Assembly: GCA_050273025.1 (NCBI GenBank)
Contig: CP158635.1
Span: 1 to 64,000, forward strand
Direction of reading: 5' to 3'
Origin: Cenococcum geophilum
Taxonomy: Eukaryota
Length of the DNA stretch: 64,000 nt
The notes beneath the pieces are model-generated. The model searched no databases and had not been told where the DNA came from. It worked only from the letters and a program-made list of their open reading frames with translations. Positions 12,690 to 24,800 of this stretch are shown here, piece by piece. Position 1 is the first letter of the stretch. Each line of letters opens with the position of its first letter. Made by a program: the position numbers and the translations under genes.

Positions 12690-13640
12690 CTTAATTAATT
12701 AAGCGTTATGCTAAATTCTTTACTAAATAATAAGACTTTTGATTAGTTTATTCATTCCCACCTACACTACCTCTAAATACTTGCCCTTTAATGGTGTCTA
12801 GGGGAAGTAGATATAGCATATATATCAAACCTATATCTAATGTCATTAAAGATTAACTTTTATCTAACGTCTATTTGCATATTTTACCTTAGGGTGGAAA
12901 TTTTATAAGCCAACACGTGTTTTTTAGGGAAAGGGCTGTTTTAGTCATTGTAAACTTCCTTATTTAGTAGTCCTACGGAGTGTTTATAAACGCCTCTATA
13001 TCTTAAAAATAATTTATAAAATTGTTTAAGAAAGATTTACCCAGTCCTAAAAATCATATGTGAGTTCCTCTTTGTTAATCATTTTTAGGCCCTTATAAGT
13101 CTGTCCAAATAAAAGGCCCTTCTCTGTATAATCCCACTAATAATGCCGTAGATGTCCTGGCCCGGCACCCGCGCAATAGGCGCCCGCCCCCCTATACTAA
13201 GACTAATCCTTACCAATCTTTAAATTAGTTAAAGGACCTATCTACTCTTTATCCATTAGCCCATCATCCTTTTAGGCTAACTTATCAATAATAGGTAACG
13301 ATGGATCTTGCGTGGGAGCTTCTAGCTCCCCATCTATGTCCAATTTCCTACATTTGGATTTTGTATTGTTCTTTTTATATTTTCCCTTTCTCTTATCAGC
13401 ATTATATTCTGACTCCGCCTTATATAGACGTGCCTTTAGCATAAGTCTGTTATCCTCTACTTAAAATCTGTATCGGGGTTCTATTCTAATTCCGTGTTTA
13501 ATGACATTATTAGGGATTATCTGCACGCCTAGGGCAGTACAAGAATCGCGAATAAGATCTAGATATTACGATACCTTAGGAAGATTGTTGGCAATGTATA
13601 TAAATGCCAGAAAGAGAAATTCTTAAATATCTTAAGCTGT
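12690..13640 (-). pseudogene. Possible degraded gene relic, unknown product
   Basis: Single-copy-per-unit block with an intron-like GTAAGG...TACAG (about 13213-13125) and exon-like flanks. Confidence 0.25.
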
Positions 13641-14887
13641 CTCCAATATTAATTAAAAAAATAGTAGTAGTATTATAGGTCCTAAAGTATAAGAAGGCAA
13701 TAATTAATATACCTCCTATATTATAATACCTTAGGAAATAGGCTTAAAAGGTAAAATAATAGTATATAATATTTACAAAAAAAAAACTATTTAAAAAGAT
13801 TTATTACTTAGTCTATAAGTATAAAAGTAAATATACTATATTTTATATTAATTTTCTATTTTAATTTATTAGCTTATTTTATTAAGTTCTAATAACCTTA
13901 ACTAGAGTTATAAATAACTTTTATAATAGCACTAAATATATAAAATATTAGGTATTTTATATAAACTTTAATCTAAGTTTAAAAGCTTTAACTTAGAGCC
14001 TTATATATAAAGTTTAATTAATATATTAATATATATATATAAGGTTTTTTAAAAGAAACCCCTTAAAACCCCTCTTTATAGAGCTTTTACTTTATTTATT
14101 ATTAAGTAATATTATTTTATTAAAAAGATCTATTATAGTAACTAAAGTACCCTATTTAAGTTAGGCTTAATTTAAAAGTAATATAAAATCTAATTAATAT
14201 TATTATATATATAAGGCTTTCTAAAAAAAGACTTTTTAAACCCCTTTATAAAGCTTTTAAAAGTAATAATAAAGCTAAAGTGCCTTAATTACTACTAGAT
14301 AGTATTATTTTATTAAAATATACTTTTATTATATTATACTATAAGGGCTATTTTATAATAAAGGGTAAGCTTTAGGTAAAGGCTTATATAAAGCTTTAAT
14401 AGAGCTTTATATAGAGCTTTTATAGGGCTTTATTAAAGCTTAATATATAGCATTTTAAAAGTATAGACTACTTATACTTTATAATATTTTAATATTTATT
14501 ATATAGATTCTGCTATAACTTATTATATATAAGTTTTTTTTTAACTAATTAAAAGCTAACTTAGTAGGGGTTTAAATTCTAGTATCTAAATATATAGATT
14601 ATTTATACCTTAAATTAATAAAGGGGTTATATAACCTATGCTAATAGTTAGTTTATTTAAACTTATATAGATATCCTATTATTAGTTTATAATAAGTATC
14701 TATTAGTTCTATAGACAAACTAATCTTATTACCACCTATATCTCCTATTAATTGCTATTTAGCTTAGCTATAATAATATATATAAGATAGCTAACGCTTT
14801 TAACGGCTAAGTAATTTCCCTATACTTCTAACTACTTAAAATCCTAAATAACTAGAGGCCAGTACCTCCTAATCTATATATTATATA

Positions 14888-15299
14888 ATATTAAATCTCC
14901 TTAGTGCTAAACGCTAGCCAAAACGTATAATTCTTAAACTTTAAGTAAATGATTTTACTGGTTGGGACCCTTCTAAGCACACTAACGCTATTAAGGCATA
15001 TATCGCTTTTATAGGACGTTTAACCAATAGTTTAGAATTTAGGAAACACTACGCCTATATTAAGCCGTTTTAAGCCATAGAGCTAAATTAGATCTTATTT
15101 TATATCACTATAGATATAAAGAAAGACTTACCTAATCCCCTAGCTATCTAGGAGCTACCATATAATATATATCGCGTCCGTTATAATAAGGAGGTATAGC
15201 CAAGTAAAACGAACTGAGAATGTTAAGGAAAAGAATTACCTAACTCGGATACGTAAGTATAGTAATATTCTATACCTTTAGGCAAAGCAACCATATTAA
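14888..15299 (+). pseudogene. Small hypothetical gene, paralogue 2 (most of the intron imprecisely deleted, frameshifted)
   Basis: Aligns with 11594-12073; aaggagg|tatagccaag at about 15195 lacks the donor region. Confidence 0.72.
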
Positions 15300-16902
15300 A
15301 GGTTTAATTTAGATTTTAGACTTTAGAATTGATCTAAACCGCTTGCATTACTGGGGCAAAGTAATATTAATATTATACTACGATTGGGCCGTCGGCTAGG
15401 GGAACTTTTAGGAAGGCTTCTAAAAAACTGCCTTAACTATTACTACCTTAACCATCTAAACTAACGTAGTGGCAAATATTGTTATTTCAAATACCGTTTA
15501 AAAAAAACTTTGTTAAGGTAGTGAATCCTTCGGCTAATTTATACAGACCTATTATGCAGGACCTACCCAGCGTTGCTTAATTATTTTGGTAAACTAAATT
15601 AACTTAAGTAATAATCTGAGAACCTCTAATTGATCGGCGTTCGCTTTTACTGCCCGCTTGGTCCTACGCCCTCGTAGACTTTTAGGAACTTCACTTTATA
15701 TATACCCTTCTATCGGTCGTAGGCATTACGTCGTATACGAAGACTATTTCTTAGAAGGGTCTATTAATGAAGATCCAAAGTTAAGGAAAAGGAAAGGAGA
15801 GGACAAGTAGTACCGCTTAAAGATTTATACAATCTTCGAGTCACGTAACCGCAACCTACGGCAATCTGCCATAATCTACTACAATTTGCCAATACCGTAA
15901 CACCTAGAGGTTGCGCTATAGTAGAAATTAGTAGAACGAGTTTCTCTTAAGTACTAAATATCGCCTTTATCACCTCTATTATGTACATTTTTTTTAAGCG
16001 AGTAGTACTCCCCTACCCCCAATGCTATGTGGCCCAGTGTCGTACAATACTACTAAGGTAGCGCCTTATCGGGTAGTAACGATGCCTAACTCTATAACCC
16101 CTTTATATAGTGCGGCGTCAGTCCTTATAAACACCTTACTATTCTTTTCAATACCCCCTAAATCTCACCCTAATTTATTTTCTTTAAAATGTACAAGCAA
16201 CGTTGCCATTATTATTAAGGGTGTGACCATCTAAATGCCTATAATTACGTTAGATATTCAGTGGCTCTTACACGCCCTAACCGAACCCTTTGTATGCCTA
16301 TAAGTGGATTTATTTAAGATCTTCTACAAGCCCTTAATATACAAGACCAAGACTTAGCTAGTTTATATCCACCTTATTCCGGCCTAACTCCTCTAAGCTC
16401 TTAGGGTTCGCAGTAATCATATCTAAATACGTACTTAGTAATAGGTATAACTAAGGATTGGGTGTAACGTATATAACTTTAGCGCTAAGGACTTAATAGA
16501 TAGCTGGCCCGGTTCGGGTAAGGGTTACAATAGTGGCAGTATTATGGGTTTATGAGGCCCGGAGTATACGATTGTAATAATTAATACACCTCCTACCTTA
16601 TAACACCTTAGGAGATGGGCTTAAAGGGTAAAGTAGGATGCGATAATTGCTGGGGAACTATCTAAGAAGAATCGTTACTTGCACTTATACAGACACCCTA
16701 TTATTAATTTATAATAGGTGTCTATTAGTCCTATAAGTAAACTAATCCTACCACTACCTGAGTCTCCTATTAGTTGCTATTCGGCTGGGCCATTATAGAG
16801 TGTACGTGCGTAAGGTGGCCGAAGCTTCTAATAGCCAAGCAATTTCCCTACGCTTAAAATCCCAAACAACTAGAGGCCAACCCCCAATCCATACACCACA
16901 CA

Positions 16903-17367
16903 ATGTTAAACCCCCCTAGTGCTAAACACTAGCCAAAATGTGTAATTCTCAGACTTTAAGTAAATGAATTTACTGGTTGGGACCCTTCCGAGTACACCGA
17001 CGCCATTAAGGCATATCTCGCCTTTACAGGACGTTTAACCGATAATTTAGAATTTAGGAAATACTACTCCTATATTAAGCCGTTTTAAGCCCCAAAGGTA
17101 AACCAAACCTCATTTTATATTACTATGGATATGGAGACAGACTTAGCCAACTCCCTAAATATCTAGGAGCTACCATATAAGATATATCGCGTCCGTCGTA
17201 ATAAGGAGGGGAAGTTATAAGGCTAGTACTCCCTCTTTTATAAATTAGCTAACTTAGTATATAGCTAAGTAAAGCGAATTCAGAACGTTATTAAGGAAAA
17301 TAATTACTTAACTCGGATACGCAAGTACACTAATGTTTTATTACCTTGGGCAAAGTAGTGATATTAA
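16903..17367 (+). pseudogene. Small hypothetical gene, paralogue 3
   Basis: Aligns with paralogue 1; ATG intact and the TGG codon in P-W-A-K retained. Confidence 0.75.
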
Positions 17368-18149
17368 AGGTTCGATTCGAATTCTGGACTGGTTTTGGCC
17401 TTATTTTTATAACCAATCTAAACCGCTTATATTACTGGGGCAAAGTAATATATTAATATTGTACTACGGTTGGGCCGTTAGCTAGGGGAACTTTTAGGAA
17501 GGCTTCTAAAAAACTACCTTAACTATCTAAAGTGACGTAGTAGCGAATATTGTTGTTGTTTGCGGTCCGTAATACTATTTGCTAGCCTGTTCTTATAACA
17601 CTTAACGCTTAAGCCCCCACGTCTTATAGACTTTTGGGGAACTTCACTTTATAGGTCGTATACCAGGACCATTTCTTGGAAGGCTTTTCAAATATTGCTT
17701 TGTATATTGCCACCTAGCGAGTGCTCGGCATGGTCTATATAATGCGTATATAAGTAGGTTTTAAGGTAAGTTAGCAGCACCCCCGATCTGTAAGATATGT
17801 AAATAAATACGCCGGAATTAGGGAGATGGTTAAAAAGATCCGTAAGTAGGGATAAAAGACAATGTAGTATGGCTGGGGGGGGAGAGAAGAGAGGTTATAT
17901 ATAAATGGATTTATATCGCGTTCTTAAAGCGTCTTACGATGCCTTCTATATTGCAATTTTATTCTTTTCTATTTTTTTTTCCTTTTCGTTCCCTATTTTA
18001 GGGGGCTAGAGTATATAAGCTAGAGAGAAGAGAGAGGCTAAGAGTTAGTGCGTTAGGTTATGGCCGAAATTAGACATTCGGCGCTGCTAAATTCCGGCAT
18101 ATTAATACTTTTGGCAGAAAGGCGATATTCCTCTAACCGCCCGGCTAGA

Positions 18150-19550
18150 TGCCCGGTAGGATGAATTTAAGGGTAAAAATATTTTTAGTATATTCCTAGG
18201 CCAACCTTATATAAATGATTTGTAAATTCTAGCATTCCAAATCCTCCGAAGTAAGAATAGTAGTTCTCCAATAACTTAAATTTTGCTAGAATTATACAGT
18301 ATGTGTTAAGACGTTATCGCTTAATTTCGCTGCGCAGCTATCTACAAACAAAGGGGAGAAGATCCGCTTTAATTTAAGCATTATATAAGATGCACGAATG
18401 TCCCACTAGGCGGTCCTCTTTGTCCTCCGCCACGAGACCGCGAATATATCCTTTAAGAAGACGACGACAGCATTAACTATCCCGAATGCCGAGGGGAGAC
18501 GCCACCTGAAACTCCCTAGGAGTATATAACTTCTAGCTTAGGGCAACGGTAAGAATTATAGAGACACGGATAAACACGTCCTGTGTTAACATTAGATATC
18601 AACGCACTTTATAGTGTTTACGTTAATAGAGTTAAGAGCTGTTCCAATCTCCCTTACTGCTAGCTACTTATCTGTTTATGCCCGAGAACTTTTAAGCTTA
18701 TCTTCGTTATTATAATGTATCAAGTTTTAGTTTCGCCACTAATTCTTACTCCTGTCTCCCTCCCTAATAGAAAGTATAGCAGTACGCTTTTGCTTTCTCA
18801 ATATAACGTTCTCGAGGGATAAACAGCCTGTTGTGATATATTAGCCCATTATAGATGAATGTAATGACCGGTTAATATACCATTGGTTTTCTTGCTAAGA
18901 CACTAAGTATACTGCATATAGAAGAGAAAGCACTTCGTCTCTGCTTAGGCGGCTTTGAACGTTAAGGTCTAAAACGAACCACTTCTATATAGGTTTATCC
19001 GTGTCAAAATACGGAGGTATATATATGTAGTTGTAAGCTAAAAGCTGCGGTTTATAACAGTATTACCGGTTAAGGAATTGACGATAGAATATGTCTGCAA
19101 GAGTATTATAACGGTTTTAAGGGTATTTGGGCAGGTCCGTTATACAAATCTAAAGTATTACCCAAGCTAGATTAGTGCTAAAGTCATCCATTTATATCTT
19201 ATTAAAGAGTAGTTGCGTAAGAGGAGACATCTCAATACAGTATATACGACAGAATAGTGTAACTTAAACGGGAAAGTAACTAAAATTTAAGGAAGTTGAT
19301 TTTGTTGCATTCTATCGCGGCAGTTGGCCTATGCGAGGATATTAGTAGGGTAAAACTGCGCCGACCAAGGTCTAAAAACCTAGTTATCCGCGCCGACGCT
19401 ATAAAGGTGATTTTAATAGCAGTGCACACATAAAGGGCCTTTTCTCCTATACTCGCCATATGGCGGTATAGAATCGCCGGCATATTGTATTAATCCTGAC
19501 TAATTCTAGACACCTTATTTAACCAATTCAGCCTCTTTACGCAATACTTT
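18150..19550 (-). pseudogene. Possible degraded gene relic, unknown product
   Basis: Single-copy-per-unit, GC-richer block containing ORF 19280-19483; no domain recognised; strand and limits tentative. Confidence 0.25.
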
Positions 19551-21176
19551 TCTCGTTACCGACCTCCTTACTTTAGCTACGCGCGCTACGCTGCTACTAA
19601 TATAAGGACTTTTAGGAAGGCTTCTAAAAAACTACCTTAATTTGCTATCTACTATCTAGGTAACAATCCCTCGGCTTAGCTAGCGCCTTAGTAACTAGCC
19701 TATATATTTCTTTATATCTTTCCTTCTCCTTAGCTTAGTATTTTCGTAATACAGCATTCGTTTAAGCTTCGATTTAGAAGCATTTATTCGAGCTATAACA
19801 CTTAGTAAAGGTTTATAAAAGTATTTATATTTCTCGCCCTAGAGGTTACGCTATCCCTTCCGCTGGTATATCCCGTCCTACTATTATCAATAAGAGCTGG
19901 CTAATAGAATCAATACGATCGAGACCCCGCGACTATACGTGTACTTTTAATTCTATTGTTCGCGTATAGTCCGCCTCTCATAAGACCAGCGGAAGGGATA
20001 GTAGAGATTAGTGAAACGAATTTCTCTTCAGTACTAAATATCGCCTTTATCACCCCCGTTATGTGCATTTTTTTATATAAGTAGTACTCCCCCACCCCTA
20101 ATGCCATGTGGCCTAGTATCGTACAATGCTACTAAGGTAGCGCCTCGTCGGGTAGCAGTGATGCCTAACTCTGCAAACCTTTTATATAGTGCGGAGTCAG
20201 TCCTTATAAATACCCTACTAAGGCCACACTATCCTTCTTAACGCCGCCTAGATCTCACTCTAATTTGTTCTCTTTAAAATGTGCGAGTAATATTGCCATC
20301 ATTACCAGGATTATGGCCATCTCTATCCCTATTATTACGTCAGATATTCGGTAGCTCTTACACGCCCTAACTAAGAAATTTATATGCCTATAAGTGGATC
20401 TATATAAGATCTTCCACGAGCCCTTAATATATAAGACCAAGACTTAGCTGGTTTATGTCTACCTTATTATAGCCTATCTCCTCTAAGCTCTAAGCATTTG
20501 CAGTAATTATGTCTGGATACGTACTTAGCAATAGGTATAACTAAGGATTAGGTGCAACGTATAAAACTTTAGCGCTAAGGACTTAATAAATAGGTAGCCC
20601 GGTTCGGGTTCGGGTTAAAATAATAGTAGTGTTATAGGTCTACAAGGCCTAGGGTATAAGGAGGCAATAATTAATATACTTCCTACCTTATAATACCTTA
20701 AGAGATAGGCTTAAAGGGCGAAGTAAGATGCGATATTTGCTAAAAAACCGTCTAAGAAGAATTGTTACTCTATAAGTGTAATAATAGTCGTGCCATATTC
20801 TATATTGTTCCTCTATTATAATCCGTTAGCTTACTTCGCTAAGTCCTAACGACCTTAACTAGAGTCGCGGACTACTTCTATAATAGTACTAATAAATAGG
20901 TCACGTGACCCGTGCTAACGGTTAGTTTATTTACACTTATATAGATACCCTATTATTAATTCGTGATAAGTATCTATTAGTCCCGTAGGTAAACTAATCC
21001 TACCACCACCTAGGTCTCCTATTAGTTGCTGTTCCGCTAGGCCGTAATAACATACACAAGGCGGCTGCGTGTATATAGTAGCCGACGCTTCTAGTAGCCG
21101 AGCAATTTCCCTACACTTTTAACCACCTAAAAATCCTAAACAACTAAAGGCCAACACCCCTTATCTATATATTACA

Positions 21177-21641
21177 ATGTTAAACCCCTCTAGTGCTAAA
21201 TACTAGCCGAAACATGTAATTCTTAGACTTTAAGTAAACGAATTTACCAGTCGGGACCCTTCTGAGTACACCGACGCCATTAAGGCATATCTCGCTTTTA
21301 TAGGACGTTTAACCAATAGTTTAGAATTTAGGAAACACTACGCCTATATTAAGCCGTTTCAAGCCTTAAAGCTAAACCAAATCTCATTCCATATTACTAT
21401 GGACATGGAAAAAGACTTAGCTAACCCCCTAACTATCTAGAAGCTACCGCATAAGATATATCGCGTCCGTCGTAATAAGGAGGGAAAGTTATAAGGCTAG
21501 TATTCCCTCCTTTATAAATTAGCTAACTTAGTATATAGCCAAGTAAAACAAATTCAGAACGTTATTAAGGAAAAGAATTACCTAACTTGGATACGCAAGC
21601 ATAGTAATATTTTATACCCTTAGGCAAAGCAGCCATATTAA
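21177..21641 (+). pseudogene. Small hypothetical gene, paralogue 4 (convergent with the TLH 3' end)
   Basis: Aligns with paralogue 1; ATG intact. Confidence 0.75.
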
Positions 21642-21876
21642 AGTTTCGATTCAAATTTTGGACTGGTTTTGGCCTTATTTTTAGAACCGATCTATACCAC
21701 TTACATCACTAGGGCAAATATATTAATATTATACTATAGTTAAGCCGTTGGCTAAGGTAACTTTTAGGAAGGCTTTTAAAAAACTGCCTTAATTACCATC
21801 TACTATCTATATTACTATTTACCTCTACCGTCTATAATACTATTTAAGACCCTTATTAAGGTAGCAATCCCTCAAC

Positions 21877-24800
21877 TTAGCGTTGCTTCACTACTTAGGT
21901 TAACCACACTAACTTAAGCGATAATCTAAGAACCTCTAATCGATTAGCGTCTACTTTTACCAATAAGAACGCTGCTATGCTTTCTATGTCCTTAGAGTTA
22001 GTACTATATCGCCGTAAGCGCTTTACCTAGGCCTATTTAACATCCCCTATAGCCGCTGTTATGCCTAAAATGACGCTTAACACGAGCTCGCTATATTAGC
22101 ACTGGTCAACTCCACTCCGTTTCTAGCCCTAGGTAGGATCCTTTGTCCACCAGTTGTATAGCTCTTAAGGCACTATATAGTGATAACACCCGCTAAACTT
22201 GGCAAAGCGTAACATTAATTATAACCTCCTAGCGGCATCCCGAACGGTGCCCGCTAAGGGCGTAGTATAGGTGCGTATATTATATAAGGCTTCGCTAGCC
22301 TGGGCTATGCATATTAGGCAGTATGTCGTCTACCAGATAAGATAGTATCTTAGCTGCTCTAGCATAAGCTGTTCCGCCCTTACCGAGGCGGTTACTTTCA
22401 ATTACTAAACGCTTATCCGCGCTTCCTGTATCGCAAACTCGGCCTTATCAGCGTTTAAAAAAACAGGCACGTCCAACTCTTAACCGTCCAGCCGTTCGGC
22501 AGCGCAGACGTCATATAGCTCCTCACCATCAGTGCAACCGTTCCAGACCGGTATCCCGTCTATTTTCCCGTCTAGGTATTTATTAAGTACCACCCTACGG
22601 CAGGTTTTAACGTCTGCTTCTCTTTGGAGATAGTCTAGCAGAGCTGCCCTGCGGCCTTAATCGCTATCCATAGGCGTATCAAGCCTATTACCAAGAAAAA
22701 TAACAGCCTAGCTTACCCTTCCATCGCGGCCTACTCTTTCGCTCTCTTAGGCGTAGTCTTCGACCGACCTTAAAGCTCCTAGGTGCAGCACTACATCTAT
22801 ACCAGGTACGTCAACGCCTAAACCTAGCGAGCTCGTGGCGATAACGGTCCCGTTATTACTAGAAATAAAGCGCTTAAGCATATCCTCTTAGTTAATTAAT
22901 TCGGAATGGTAGGCTGTATAGTAGAGGCTTTTACTAAGACTATCGGTTATCTATCTCGCGTAGTAGTATATAATTGCTTTCCCCCACGGCTCTAGTAGAC
23001 CTATAATGTAGCGGCCGATAACTTAAGCGGCTTGGTCAATGGCGGCTATAGTCAGGCTCCATACCGGCTCCTTATCTATATTAATAATAGCATAGCGTAT
23101 ATTACGTCTGGTGGTAGGCGCCCTAATTAACTTAACACTCTTAGCGGTAAAGTACATCTTACGCTAAAGCCGCTGCTCTTCTGTCGGGGGAAGAGTAGCT
23201 ATTAGGAGCACCATCTATGTTCATATAGCTACTAGACGACCCAGGCGTTATAAAGGCGCGCGGAACTTACTACTCCTATCTAGTACGGTGTGGTATTTAT
23301 CGATTATAATTTATGCTAGGCGGCCTGTAACTTACATTCTATTTATAAATATCTGAAAGCTGTCTGCTTTAACCGCCTTAGGCGTTACAAATACTATTGA
23401 TACTGCGTTAATAGGGCTACGCCCATTTTATGCTACGGCCTATAGCCTAGCCAACTCGCATCTTTATAGAAGATCCTATCGGAGAGAGAGCAGCGGAATA
23501 ATAATAATGGTAAGGCCTGCATTGTTATAAGCGGCCGGCAATATAAATATCAGACTCTTGCCACCGCCTATTAGTATAATAATAACCACCAGACTTTCCC
23601 CACGTAAGATTGCGTAGATACCGATCTGTTGCGCACCCTAAAATTTAGCTTACTCTCCACATATAGCTTTTAACTGTATTATGGCGTTAACGGTTCTTAG
23701 GCCGCGCCATCTTATCCGCTTAGCGTTGCCGGTTGGATTTATAGGTATAACGTGCTTTTAGGATTCAGAGGAAGTGTTTATAGCGCCACGTGGGAGAAAG
23801 GCTAGGAAGGCGTACCACTTGGTACTTAATCTTTAGAATTGTTACCTTTTGCTTATAGTAGTTCTAACTAACTCTCCTATAAGACGCGCATATACGGTCT
23901 CGCCTATTTAGGCTATATGGCCTGCCTGCTCTTTATATATTATATTAAAAGATCCTAGCTTATCCTTTTTTGAGCCACTATTATTACCACTCTTAATAAA
24001 GGCAGACTAAGTCTTTAGGTACTTTTAACCGATGGCAATCGCAACCTGGCGGTATGTTTAGATATTAAGCCTACATCCTAGGCCAGCCTCCGTTTCTTAC
24101 TAAAGGGTATAGGTAAAGCGGCCGGAGTTCTATTTAGTGCCTTACGCGTTAGGCGGCCACATTTTATACAATATAGTATTCTCCGGCTAGAGCATCTGCT
24201 CTAGCGCGCGCTGAAATGGTAATATAAGCCAGAGGTATAGAACAACTAATCTCCTAACCTCGCTAGGTATAAATCGGTAAATGACCTTGGACCGTCCGGC
24301 ATGGCAAGAGCCCTTAGAGTATTAAGGTACAAATGCGACTATACCGTAGATAATGAAAATGTTTTAATATTTACCTGCAACGGTGTTGCTATAGCGTATA
24401 CTTAATATCTCGGTGCCTCTCGCGGGCTGGCCCCCTATAACGTGTATAAGCACTAGAAGCTTATATAAAAGCGCTTTAACTTAGTTAAGGTAGGTTTTAA
24501 TACCGGACTTATTCGGTCTACCTTTTAGGCCTTAGAGTTTAAACATAACCTAGCGCTATTTATCTAGCACAATATAGTTTATAAGCCAGTCCTAGGTATA
24601 GAAAATATGCTTATTGCGGGGGTTTTAAAGAAAGTTCTAGCCAGGAACGGAGTTACTGGGGTTGTCCTAAAGGGCTTTAATCCGCACGGTTGGGGTACTG
24701 GTACGTTATTTGTTAAATAGCAGGTCTTAGTAGACTAAACGTTCCATATCTTTAATAAGGCTATGGACAAAACTGCGAAACTCGGGCATTGTAAAACGAA

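Larger units (their letters stand above)
11250..21960. repeat. Mosaic of internally repeated modules (copy 2 about 39140-49850)
   Basis: Besides the four small genes, a block starting agtagtactcccc..aatgccatgtggcccagtgtcgtac recurs at about 12350, 16000 and 20080. Blocks 16540-16900, 20620-21170 and 13660-14880 are related. The block tagacttttaggaacttcacttt recurs at about 11273, 15675 and 17627. Confidence 0.85.

Noticed and set aside
15185..15205. Precise intron loss (retrocopy) in small-gene paralogue 2
   Set aside because: The deletion removes exon bases, leaves TATAG of the acceptor and shifts the frame.
15960..16330. Repeated module (also about 12350 and 20080) as a recognisable coding domain
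   Set aside because: No known motif in the frames I read; coding strand could not be established.
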